A stretch of DNA of 49,555 nt from Octopus sinensis. Its lineage: Eukaryota. The stretch covers positions 1 to 49,555 of the forward strand of contig NW_021834406.1 in assembly GCF_006345805.1 (NCBI RefSeq), read 5' to 3'. How positions within the stretch are numbered: the first letter of the stretch is position 1; each line of letters begins with the position of its first letter. A model generated the notes under the pieces. That model saw nothing but the letters and a program-made list of their open reading frames with translations, was not told the DNA's origin and made no database searches. The translations under genes were made by a program, and so were the position numbers. Below, piece after piece: positions 1 to 11,481 of the stretch.

Positions 1-87
1 AAACACTCACAACGCCCGGTCTGGGAATCGAAACCGCGATCCTATGACCGCGAGTCCGCTGCCCTAACCACTGGGCCATTGCGCTCC
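1..87 (-). mobile_element. SINE family A, tRNA-derived head (continues off left edge)
   Basis: Reverse complement nearly identical to the head of the full copy at 37483-37862 (GGAGCGCAATGGCCCAGTGGTTAGGGCAGCGGACTCGCGGTC). Confidence 0.9.
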
Positions 88-189
88 ACTAATGAAAAAA
101 ATAAACGGCAAGAAGTACTGAACAGTAAACTTACATCTTGAATATTACTAAAATGGAATGAAATGAATAGAAACGGTCAGTAAAAAATA

Positions 190-428
190 TACCTATTTCA
201 TTACTACCCACACGGGGCTAAACACAGAGGAGACAAACAAGGACAGACGAACGGATTAAGCCGATTACATCGACTCAAGTGCGTAACTGGTACTTAATTT
301 ATCGACCCTGAAAGGATGACAAGCAAAGTCGACCTCGGCGGTATTCGAACTCAAAACGTAACGGCAAACGAAATACGGCGTTACGCATTTCGCCCGGCGT
401 GCTAACGTTTCAGCCAGCTCACCGCCTT
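190..428 (-). mobile_element. SINE family C, full length
   Basis: Head AAGGCGGTGAGCTGGC..CGTTAGCACGCCGGGCGAAATGC, body GCCGAGGTCGACTTTGC..CATCCTTTCAGGGTCGATAAATTAAGTACCAG, tail TTAGCCCCGTGTGGGTAGTAATGAAATA; matches 17598-17820 and 26740-27340. Confidence 0.9.
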
Positions 429-544
429 CCAGTAAACAATATACCAAATGAATTATGAACAGCGTAAAGAAAAAATATCACGCGTGTTAATCACACCACT
501 GGTTAACACGTGTTTCTCATATAACTGCATATGACCATCTAAAT

Positions 545-650
545 CAGTGGTTCTGAACCAAGGTCCATATTGCTCCTGACGGTCCATATAATATGTTTGG
601 AGGTTCGCAGAACGGAAATCCACGGAAGTATTTAAAGAGTCACAGAGAAA
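545..650 (+). mobile_element. Possible hAT-type non-autonomous transposon end (fragment)
   Basis: Starts CAGTGGTTCTGAACC, resembling the CAGTGGTTCTCAAC terminus of hAT/Charlie-like elements; no matching second terminus found. Confidence 0.3.
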
Positions 651-708
651 TATTTGCTTTGGATGTATGAATCGGCATGTATTGTAAGGAACAGCTAGGT
701 TTGTTTTC

Positions 709-1117
709 TCTCTTTTACACTTTTACGTGTTCCAGTCTTTTGACTGCGGCAATACTGGAGCCCCATCTTTAGTCGAGCAAATCGACCCCAGGACTTATTC
801 TTTATTAAGCCAAGTACTTATTCTATCAGTCTCTTTTGCCGAACCGCTAAGTTACGAGATCTTAAACACACCAACCTCGGTTGTCAAGCGATGTTGCGGG
901 GGACAAACACAGACACACACACATATACACACATACATATATATGCATATATACGACGGGCTTCTTTCAGTTTCCGTCTACCAAATCTACTCATAAGGCC
1001 TTGGTCGGCCCGAGGTTATAATAGAAGACATCTGCCCAAGGTGCCACGCAGTGGGACTGAACCCGGAATCATGTTGTTCGTAAGGAAGCTACTTACAACA
1101 CAACCACTCCTGCGCTT
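709..1117 (-). mobile_element. SINE family B, full length, with internal CA/TA microsatellite
   Basis: tRNA-like head (GCGCAGGAGTGG..GGTTCAGTCCCAC), CORE-like CCTTGGGCAGATG, internal microsatellite, tail GTAAAAGTGTAAAAGAG; aligns with 16681-17156. Confidence 0.9.
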
Positions 1118-1764
1118 ATGTTTCTCTAACAATTTTCATAGTTCAACTTTCAGAAGTAAATGTGTGAAAAACAAAATAATAATTTTGAAAGAGATTTCTT
1201 TAAAACAAGATTTTTAACATCGAATGGCTATGGGGTGGCGGAGGGTCCACCAGAATAAAATAATAATCAAATAGGTCTATAGAGAAATAATGGTTGAGGA
1301 CCCCTGATCCGAATGATCAAACTTGCTTCTCAAGAGCATACTTCAAAACGCCCCAAACCAGCTATATCGAAAGTATAGGTGGTGACACAAACACAAAGGG
1401 AGATAAAGACCCGAACACTGACAAGAGACTTACACTTCAAACAAAGCAAGTCGATAAATACTTATTAATAGCTAAGAATTACTAAATGCGTCGTGGGTTT
1501 AGTTGCTTAAAATAACACCCAGCATTTAATAAATTATTACGTTGACCAAGGCATCAATGGAAATTTTAATAATTCATACTGGTAACCACATGCTTCGATG
1601 ATTGTTTGACTCTATGAATAAATCAATAACGTTTATTATATTTAATAATCTGACTAGAAAATACCCTGTAGGCTATTCTAATTGAAATGCACTTCGATGC
1701 AATGACATGGCTGTGACTGGAAACTTAAAATTGTCAGTCTGATTATGTACCTTATAAAAATGTT

Positions 1765-1935
1765 ATTATTATTCTTTTCTACTCTCTGGGCAAAAGGCCC
1801 AAAATTGTAGGGGAAGGGGCCAGTCGATTACATCGATCCCGGTATGCAACTGATACTTAGTTTATCGACCCCGAAAGGATGAAAGGCAAAGTCGACCTCG
1901 GCGGAATTTGAACTAAGAACGTAAAGACAGACGAA
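1765..1935 (-). mobile_element. SINE C' subfamily, 5'-truncated
   Basis: Family C body with the alternative tail CCCCTACAATTTTGGGCCTTTTGCCCAGAGAGTAGAAAAGAATAATAATAA. Confidence 0.8.
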
Positions 1936-1966
1936 CTAAAATGTTATTATTATTACTACAACACTT

Positions 1967-2580
1967 AAGACGGCAGGCTGGCTGTTACGTTAGCACGCCG
2001 GGCGAAATGCGTAGCCGTATTTCGTCTGCCGCTACGTTCTGAGTTCAAATTCTGCCGACTTTGCCATTCATCCTTTCGGGGTCGATTAAATAAGTACCAG
2101 TTACGCACTGGAGTCGATATAATCGACTTAATCCGTTTGTCTGTCCTTGTTTGTCCTCTCTGTGTTTAGCCTCTTGTGGGTTGTAAAGAAATAGGTATTT
2201 CGTCTGACGTTACGTTCTGAGTTCAAATTCCGCCGAGGTCGACTTTGCCTTTCATCGTTTCGGGCTCGATAAACTAAGTACCAGTTACGCACTGGGGTTG
2301 ATGTAATTGACTTAATCCGTATGTCTGACCTTGTTTGTCTCCTCTAGGTTTAGCTCCTTGTGGACAATAAAGAAATAAGCATCGTTAGCACGCCGGGCAA
2401 AATGCTTAGCAGCATTTCTTCCGACATTACGTTCTGAGTTCAAATTCCGCCGTCGACTTTGCCTTTCATCCTTTCGGGGTCAATAAATTTAATGCCAGTT
2501 AATCACTGGGGTCGGCGCAATCGACTAGTTCCTTCCCACAAAATTTCAGGCCTCCTGCTTTTAGTAGAAAAGATTATTAC
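1967..2580 (+). mobile_element. Nested/tandem SINE C + C + C' cluster
   Basis: Unit 1 1967-2193, unit 2 2194-2377 (starts at internal GGTATTTCGTC), unit 3 2378-2580 (starts AGCATCGTTAGC, ends with the C' tail). Confidence 0.85.
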
Positions 2581-2902
2581 AGCCTTCGCTGTAATGTCTA
2601 AGTAGTTTTAGCTACATCTCCAGCAACTCGGTTTCTCCTTGCCTCCTGATCACTAGGATTTATTTTACACAAAGAATCTGTAAATAGAAAGAAAAATATC
2701 AATTTATCTGCAACAACCACTAAACGGTTTAATGCACCACACCGGTTCTTTTCTTCCGGCATAAATTAATGAAATCAAACTCACATAAAGATAAATGCCG
2801 GCTAATTAATAAGGGGCTTCATTATCATCCATAGAACTTCTTTTATTTGCTTATAAACGCTATCTGCAAAAGCGACGTTTTCGTTATTAACAGTGAACCT
2901 AA

Positions 2903-3125
2903 TTAAGGCAACTAGCTGGAAGAATCGTTAGCATACCGGACAGAAATGCTTAGCAGTATTTCATTCGTCTTTATAATCTCAGTTCAAATTCAAATTCCGC
3001 CGAGATCAAGTTTATCTTGCATCATTTTGGGATCAATAAAATAAGTACCAGACAAATACTGGGGTTGATGAAATCGAATAGCCCCCACCCCACAAATTTC
3101 ACGCCTTGTATGTATAGCAGAACAG
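2903..3125 (+). mobile_element. SINE C', diverged
   Basis: AAGGCAACTAGCTGGAAGAATCGTTAGCA head, TTCAAATTCCGCCGAG body, CCCCACAAATTTCACGCCTTGT tail. Confidence 0.7.
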
Positions 3126-3820
3126 GTTAATCGTAAACCTAATTACTTATTTCAGAGTGCAACAAATATACCTACTCTATCCTGTTCTAGATAGAAAACC
3201 TTTGTCATTCTCCATTAAGACGTAGCTAAAGCTGTTTCCAAAAATCTATATCTTCTATTTTGAATCAATTCCTTCAATTAATTTAGAACTCTTTCCTTCA
3301 CTTTACTTAATTATATAAAGTGTGAAAAAAAATCACATTAAAGCAGGGATATTATGAAACATTGTAACACTAATTTCTCTTTTTTTTTCAAACTGTCCAT
3401 ACCTGATCGTAAACTTTCACCAAAATGTGTGTGTATTATTTGGTGATATCTTACAAAAGCTGATCTTACTACAGTCAATACTTCATTAATTAAAATGGAT
3501 ACTTGTTTATCCATACATTTCCTTGGACCAGTAATAAGTCTATTTTTATAAGGCTTCTTAAGCAATTAAAGAATTCAGAATAATCTAGGAATATTTTTAT
3601 TCTCTTCCTCAACTATTAACATTTGTACGACTTTATCTTTCGTGCTACTAACCTATCTACTACCTCATTAATATTCATTGGCACCTGTATCTACGTGTTG
3701 TAACCTTCACCGTTATAGTTACAGCCAATAAGATAACATTGAACTTTTAATTATGACGATGATATTGCCTGTAGCCTTATCTGCCATCATCACAACATAT
3801 CTACCATGCTTGTCTCTCAG

Positions 3821-3965
3821 TCGGTTACGATCAACGGAACAGCCTGCTTGTGAAATTAACGTGCTAGTGGCTGAGCACTCCGCAGACACGGATTCCCTTA
3901 ACGTAGTTCACAGGGAAATTCAGCGGGAAACAGAATGTGATAAGGCTGGCTCTTTGAACTACCAG
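3821..3965 (-). mobile_element. SINE family A 3' fragment, diverged
   Basis: TCGGTTACGATCAACGGAACAGCCTGCTTGTGAAATTAACGTG matches 27830-27900 with a deletion. Confidence 0.7.
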
Positions 3966-4123
3966 TTGAGCCCAGGTTCAAAACATCAAAGATTTGTCCA
4001 TACTTCCCGAGTCTTAAACTAATAGACCTGCTTGTAGTTCCCTCGCCTATCCTCGTCTTTCGTTTTCTGTAAATTTGCTCTCTGTACCCTGTATATAAAA
4101 TAAAAGAAGCAAAATACATACTG

Positions 4124-5320
4124 TTTACGTAGTTTTAATATATTTTTTAATATATTTTATAAGTGAAAGAGTATTCTGTTTGTCGACCGGTTTTACTTCT
4201 GCTAATCATGACATTGAAATTATTGAAATTGTGTATTTTCCTAAGAAGATTTTAGTCTATGCTCTGTATGGGAGTTTGGGAATGAATCAAGAAGTAGAAA
4301 AATATAAAACTGGAAAAGATATCTGGATGATTGGTTTATCATTTGGAATGAAACTATTGATAAACTGTTGGTATTTAAATGAATACGAAATAATATAAAC
4401 ATTAATATTCCATTTACAATGGGATATAGCAAAGAACAGCTCCCTTTCTGAGATATTGTGATAAGAAAAGTCAACAACTAAATTGTAACTGATATTTATC
4501 ATAAACCAACAGACTGAAAGCAATGACTTCTGTTTAGCTCATGACTCCAGAAACAGATAAAAAGTTACATTCCCTTTAATTTAGCGAACAGAATTTGCAC
4601 AATAGTCTGACGGAAATATCCGGGATCTCCGTTTTCAAGACATCAGAAGAACATTAACTGAGAGCCAATATTCAACCTCACAGTTATAAACGATAGAATT
4701 AAGCGTGCCAAGAAATTAGGCATTAAAACACTAAAGGAAACACAACTTAACGCCACGCAACATCTCAAAACGCTACCGTATATATCAACTCACAACCCTA
4801 GAGACAATGAGGCATACAACACTATTGCGGAAAATCTACCTACGCTCACTAGGGATCTAAAAATGAAAAACATTCTGAAAACACATAAATTTATCAAATT
4901 CAAAAAGCAACTCATATGGCTGAAAAGACGTCTTACAAATGCGAAGCTTTACACAACAACCACGAAACCAATGGTTAAAACATGTGGACGCCCAAACTGT
5001 GGAATACGCCCCAACTTACTGGACGGCTCTGATTTCCTATTGAATCAAGGAGAGAGGTTTAGAATTAAAACCAACTTCACTTGTGCTTCCGAGAATCTAA
5101 ATTATATCATAACTTGTTTAGGTTTTTGGATATAACTATATGGGACAGACATTGTATAGCACTTAGATTTTTATTTGTTGATTCATTCAAAAACTCCCAT
5201 ACACAAAATGGTCTAAAATGGTCTTAAGAAAGTACGAATTTCAATGTCATGATTAGCGAAAGCAAAACCGGTCGACAAACACATTAAAAAATACATCAAA
5301 ACTATATAAAACTGCGTGCC
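4124..5320 (+). mobile_element. Penelope-like element (PLE), 5'-truncated, with inverted copy of its 3' region at the 5' end
   Basis: Degenerate RT (RYLDDWFIIW at 4317, EQLPFL, TDIYHKPTD, FNLANRICTIV), then a CGRPNCG linker and the GIY-YIG N-half (FTCASENLNYIITC..YMGQT, ending ~5150). 4124-4300 is the reverse complement of ~5165-5310. Confidence 0.85.
4317..5150 (+). pseudogene. PLE RT / GIY-YIG endonuclease remnant (stops and frameshifts)
   Basis: Motifs as above; ORF track 4863-5135 covers the linker and endonuclease start. Confidence 0.8.
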
Positions 5321-5339
5321 TAGTTTTAAATACCTAGGT

Positions 5340-5662
5340 GATAGTTATATAATAAAAAAAAATTAATAATAAATAAATAAATAAATAAATATAAATATTA
5401 AAAAATTAAAAGTTTAAAAATTAAAAAATTATAAATTTAAAGTTTATAAAATATATAAAAAAATATATATATAAAAATATAAATATATATATAAAAATTT
5501 ATAAATATAAATCAAAAATTTTAAATTTAAATAATTTAATTTTAAATTTTATATTTTATATATTTTGTATATTATATTAATTATATTTATTTTTATGTTT
5601 TGGTTTATGTTTTTTAACTGTTTGAGTTGCCTAATAGTGGTTTTATCGTTAATATAATTTAT
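5340..5662 (+). repeat. AT-rich interspersed repeat (probable PLE 3' tail family)
   Basis: Aligns directly with 15357-15628 (shared GTTGCCTAATAGTGGTTTTATC) and in reverse with 34412-34552. Confidence 0.75.
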
Positions 5663-7715
5663 ATACACATACATACATACGTACATACATGCATATACAT
5701 ATATATAAAAATACATGTGTATGTATATTTATGTGTGTGTATATATATAAATTTGCATACATACATACATATATAACCATACATACATACACACACAAAA
5801 ACACACACACATATATATATACATATATATATATAATTGCATACGCACACACATATTGATAAATAATTATTGTGGTTTGTTTTATATATGATTACTTTAA
5901 ACATTTCAGACGTAACTGGATTAAAAGCTGGCAAATCTGACACCCACAGAAAAATCTAATGACAAATTGCATTATGTTGATATCTATTGTACCTCAACCT
6001 CCGCATATAGTTATACAAAATTAGTATGTAGTTTTAGTATTAGAAGGCAAAATATATCTTCAGGCAAAAACATTTATCATTACGATGATGAGTTAGAAGA
6101 GACGGGTTTTTAAAAAAATGGACAACGTATTCTGCATCATAAGAGAAAAATAAAACAAAGAAAATATACAAAGAAATATTTAGTCAGCCTACTCTTTAGT
6201 TTAAATATGCTATCTGATATAACCAGCTCTAAGATTCGATGTTTTAAATGCCATCTTGTTTATCACGGATACGTCAAAGAAATAACATCAAAGCTAGTTA
6301 CAACTGTACCAAAAATGTAGCTAATGCCCGTAGCTAGGTTCAGTAATAGGGATTCCAATTATAAGATAATTCGAAACTCGTTGAACATGAGCAAGGTAAT
6401 GTCACCGTTTTCCGCAATAACGCTGGATGCCGCTCGAAGATAACCAGTTGATTCTGTGCTAAAAAATTACAATAGTCCCACCGAAAACATATTTTGTGAG
6501 TAGGTATAATCGGCGCATATATCCCTTCAGGTACTTAATTCAATAGCTTGCTTACCAACCACATGGTTCTGGGTTCAGTCCCACTGCGTGGCACATACGC
6601 TCATACATGAGCGTATGTGTGAGCGTATTTGCGAAATAGTAAAATTTAGCATGTGAAACAATGTGGACAATAAATGTATACGATGCCGCTCATATCGAGT
6701 ATCAGTTTGAAGTCGCCACTGCAGCTGGCTGTAAGTGTAGTTAGAAGCACGAAGCACCTGTTTCATGCTATATTTCTTGCTGTTTTCCAAAGAACTGAAA
6801 TACTTGATGTTGTCCACAGTTGTGTCACCAAATTGTTTCACAGCATTGACCATATCAACTGCAGGCTGCACTAGATTGGAGCACATCTCTTTGCGTCCTC
6901 AAAGTCCATCCCCTTCTCACCGTGGTGGGGACGCTGGCAACGGGTAGTGTCAGAGCAATGCCGTCGGGAACTGCGGTTCCTGGTAGGGCCACCCAAGGCG
7001 GATTGGTCTGACACCGAGTGGTATTAGGGCCACAGAAACAAGTAAAAGAGTAAGAGTATACGTTGAAACATTTATCTAGATTCTAGATTAGTATATAATT
7101 AGATTAGTATATATAATTAGATTAGTATAAATTATATATTATTTATTTATCATTTCGTACTTTATTTAGTTCTAGATTCTAGAACTAAATAAAGTACGAA
7201 TGATAAATAAATAATATCTAATTATATACTAATTATTTATTTTTTTCGTACTTTATTTAGTTGTAGGTAAATGTTTTATCGTATCTTTAATTGAATTGTT
7301 ACATGGTGGTTCTTCTCAATTTATATATATATATATATATATATATAAACATGGATTATACATGAAATGGGATTGTATAAATATTGCCAGATAAATATTG
7401 GCTTCGATATCTCTGTAGTTACTTACTCCACTTGAACCTTTGAAAAAATATATTTACATTTATAGATACATATCTCAACCCACGCATCGCTTTATTTACT
7501 GTCGCCGTCACGTTTCTTGTTCATCTGAACCGTCGTATCATTTACTTCAATCGAATTCGTACTCAAGATCCAAAATATACAGAAATATATTGTGTCAGCT
7601 TGTAATAATACTTCATTGTGTGAGCATCAGCAACTTGAAACTTATAATTATGACGAAGCAAATAATCTAGGCCAATATACACACGTGCAAATATATATAG
7701 ATATGAACATATATC

Positions 7716-7723
7716 TATATCTA

Positions 7724-7810
<87 letters not shown>

Positions 7811-7817
7811 ATCTATA

Positions 7818-7870
<53 letters not shown>
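7716..7870. repeat. (ATCT)n/(AT)n microsatellite
   Basis: Direct inspection. Confidence 0.95.
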
Positions 7871-7876
<6 letters not shown>

Positions 7877-8104
7877 TATATACATACATATGTATATATG
7901 TATACATATATGATGTATATTATACGTATCAACAAATATATATATGAAAACATAAACACACCCACACACTCCTACCACTTTTGGATAATATACTTTTACT
8001 TTTCATGTGCGCACTGAAGTATGTATGCAATTATGTGTGTGACGTGTGTGTGTGAGCGTGCGCTTGTGTACTTATGTATGTATGTATATACATATATGCA
8101 TACA

Positions 8105-8144
<40 letters not shown>

Positions 8145-8299
8145 TTAGTTATATATATATATATATATATATAATATACTATAATTGTTGTCGTTGCTAT
8201 TTATAAGTTTCTGTTCGTGGGATAAGTCATTTACATGCAAATGAAGAACACCATACATTAGAAAGTAGACTTACATATAAACTTGAAGCTAAATGGTTC

Positions 8300-8487
8300 T
8301 TCGTTGTTTGCGACGAGGACTCCTGTCGACCTGATCAAAGGAGCAGTCTACTCGTGAAATTAACGTTGAGAATTTCATAGACAAGCGTACACTTGACGTA
8401 TTTCTCAGGGAGATTCAGTGTGACATAGAATTAGACAAGGTTCGTCCCTTCAAATACAGGTCCTACGCATTTTTGCCAGGTGAGTGA
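8300..8487 (-). mobile_element. Diverged SINE with family A 3' half joined to a CORE-like end
   Basis: CTCGTGAAATTAACGT and CCCTTCAAATACAGG match family A; the adjacent CTCACCTGGCAAAAATGCGT resembles CTCAGCTGGCAAAAATGAGT at 19230-19250. Confidence 0.55.
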
Positions 8488-8509
8488 AAGAAAGACAATA
8501 CCGTTTGAC

Positions 8510-8650
8510 AACCTGTTTTGGCGTGATTATGTCTCCGTAATCTAGCGGTTCGGCAAAAGGACCCGATAGAATAAGGACAAAACTTAAAAACATATGTTCG
8601 GGGGTCCATTTGTTAAACTAAAAAAAAACTTTCGAGGCGGCGCTCTAGTG
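8510..8650 (+). mobile_element. SINE family B 3' fragment, diverged
   Basis: TAGCGGTTCGGCAAAAGGACCCGATAGAATAAG and GAGGCGGCGCTCTAG match the family B 3' half. Confidence 0.6.
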
Positions 8651-8990
8651 AAAAGATACAAACTTTCCTGTGAGATATTCGAATTATAGTATCTATTGTT
8701 ACACGTGTGTCCGTCATGATATATCAGAACACAACACACGCACACACAGACATACACACACGCAAACACAAAACGCACAGATACGTGCGTAGACACAGAT
8801 AATGTGCATACACACATCGCATGTAGATTTGGACTAGTAAAAGAAGAGCTCTCAATAAACTATATATAACAAGCATAATTCATTGTTTTGAGTTAGGTGC
8901 AACACATTTCTTGTGGGAGAATCACTTCTCAAATGATTTACAATACACTGACATGCGAAGCCACTAAGTCCCTAATATAAATATATATAT

Positions 8991-9287
8991 AAACAATTGC
9001 AGCGTGGAAGGTGTTTATAAGCCCATCTAAAAGAAATATATATACAAAAAAAAAATCATAGATTCACATTAACATTTAAATTTAATTTGTGTCAAAATAT
9101 TTTCGTCTCTTTGAAACTGCGACCTGTACACTGACAAAATTCCGTGCAGCACGAAATTTCATCGGTGTACAGTTCGCATTTTCAAAGCGACGAAAATATT
9201 TTGACACAAATCAAATTTAAATATTGAAGTGAATCTAAGGGCCTTTTTATTAAATGGCTTATAAATACATTGCACGCTGAATTGTTT
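8991..9287. repeat. ~300-bp imperfect palindrome (foldback)
   Basis: Centre at 9148 (CGTGC-A-GCACG); arms share TTTGTGTCAAAATATTTTCGTC and TAGATTCAC with their reverse complements. Confidence 0.9.
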
Positions 9288-9572
9288 TCGCTATATATAA
9301 AATTCGTTAGAATTTTGGAAAAAATCATTTTATTTCTTTGTTATTATTAGCGCTTTCTTTCGTTTCTCGAATTTGTCAAAGAGAATCTTATGAATGTACG
9401 AATGCCTTGCTCATTTATATAAAATAGATGTGTTTTGGGTTATTTTCTTAAGAAGAGGACATTTTTTTGTCTTTTTAGGTGAGGTTCCATGACAATGGAG
9501 ATAGATAAAAATATAGGTAGTGATATGTTGATATATAATATATATTATATATATATATTATATATATTATAT

Positions 9573-9700
9573 ATTGGCGCAGGCATGGCTGAGTAGTAGA
9601 AGCTTGCTTCCCGACCACATGCATTCAGGTTCAGTCCCACCGCACGACAACTTTGCTAAAGGGAAGCTGAAACAAGCTTTTCGTGTTTGTGTCTGTATAT
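9573..9700 (+). mobile_element. SINE family B head, diverged
   Basis: GGCGCAGGCATGGCTG..AGCTTGCTTCCCGACCACATG..GGTTCAGTCCCAC. Confidence 0.7.
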
Positions 9701-9729
9701 ATATTTGTATACACACACACACATATATA

Positions 9730-10515
9730 CAGGGTGCGGTGAACAAACCATCGTCTAAATTACGCAAAAATGAAAATAAAACTGACATATCATTTTAACA
9801 GATATATTCACCAAAATTGCATTTAAATATCTTGAAATACTAAAGAATAAATTTATTCAATAATAACGCCATTCACTTCAACCACTGCCCCCAGACAGAA
9901 TTTCCTGCAAATCTTCTGGACCGTCTCCTTGTCTAAGTTGGGGAATTCTGCTGCTATAACCCTTGCCTTCACTGCATCTTTGGTGTTACAAGGAGTTTTG
10001 TCTGTTCCTCGCTCAACTGCACCCCACACATAATAATCAAGGGGGCTACCGTCTCGGGAGTTAGGTGGCCAGATGTAGTGTGGCCACGGAAATTGTCTGA
10101 CAGCCATGATTGTGTTGTTCTGCCTGTGTGACATGGTGCAGAGTCCTGTTGCCAGATAGGGTCTTCCAACAGTCACCGTCTTGACAGGGCAGCACTAAGT
10201 CCTCCAGATACTGGATGTAGGTCTCCGTGTTGAGTCTAAGGCCGTTTGGAAAGATGAAAGGCGGCATAACGTCGCCATCACTAGTGATCACACTAAACAC
10301 CATGATGCTAACAGGATGTTTGATTTTTATCACCGTCAGTACACGTCCTCAAATTGCACTGTCCTCTCATTGACATTCAAACACACTGAAATATTCATAT
10401 TGGAGCTGCTGGCGTGAATGTTTAGCAGTGCAGCATGTCAATTCCAAATTGCTGGCTGAGTGAATTGCGTCATGGTATTGTTTTTCTCACAGACGGTGCC
10501 CAACTCGCCCTACTA
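9730..10515 (-). mobile_element. Tc1/mariner superfamily DNA transposon, internally deleted (maT/DD37D-like)
   Basis: TA plus CAGGGTGCGG terminus at 9728-9739; transposase catalytic remnant 9853-10335 (IMVFSVITSDG, WQQDSAPCH, IWPPNSRDGSPLDYYVWG) with frameshifts. The D-ending third motif suggests a DDxD group; exact spacing is broken by an indel. Right TIR only weakly recognisable. Confidence 0.8.
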
Positions 10516-10615
10516 TACTGTGTAGTCGACGAAATAAAAAAGCTCCTGCGCGTAATTAAAAATATAAAATGACAACAATTTACCCATTGCATCCTGCATA
10601 AACACAAAACACACA

Positions 10616-10655
<40 letters not shown>

Positions 10656-10902
10656 ACACACACACACAAACAAACAAACACACACACACACTCATATATA
10701 TCATATTTTATAAGCTGAAATCTTATAAGCTATCACCGTTTATTGACTAAAGAAAATTGACTGTTGGGACATATAAGCTCACGACGTATGTATGTATGTA
10801 TGTATGTATGTATGTATGTATGTATGTATGTATGTATGTATGTATGTATGTATGTACACACATATATATATATTGATAGATAAATAAAGATAGATTATTG
10901 CA

Positions 10903-10945
<43 letters not shown>

Positions 10946-11481
10946 GGTGCAATAATCTATCTTCCTCGAAAAATGATAATTGAATGATTGAATGAGTGTT
11001 TGATTGATTACTATTACATTTTAAGAAGTTCTTTTAGACATGGAGATAATTATTTGTAAAAACGTGTGTTTCGATTTCATGATATGCGTTTCGAGATTAA
11101 ATAATACCATTCTCTTTGTTATCTTATCAGAATATTCTTCTGGTCTGAGCTGATTAATCATAACAGCCGTTGGTTCTATAGCGTCACGCAAATTAACTCT
11201 ACATAGTAATATGTATCAACAACATACACTATATATAGCATGTAACATACAATAGCACACATGTTTTTTTTTATATGGAAAATAAATATGTGCCTTTATA
11301 TGCAATTTGTAAGGGAAGTATTTTAGTTATAGATTTCCTTTGCAGAATTCAAGCCGGTCATTAACAATATGATATAGATTTTTGTTTAAGTCAAGACAGT
11401 TCTTCTTGGTCGTGGATATCTGAATTGGTCAGTAAGTTCGTTTATCCATGTGTGCATATGTGTGTGGATACATATGCGCTT

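Noticed and set aside
3338-3565. 75-aa minus-strand ORF with ordinary composition
   Set aside because: No recognisable motif or convincing splice signals; this length is expected by chance.
6649-6730. Possible host exon (CETMWTINVYDAAHIEYQFEVATAAG, followed by GTAAGT)
   Set aside because: Weak acceptor without a pyrimidine tract, only vague domain resemblance and no partner exons.
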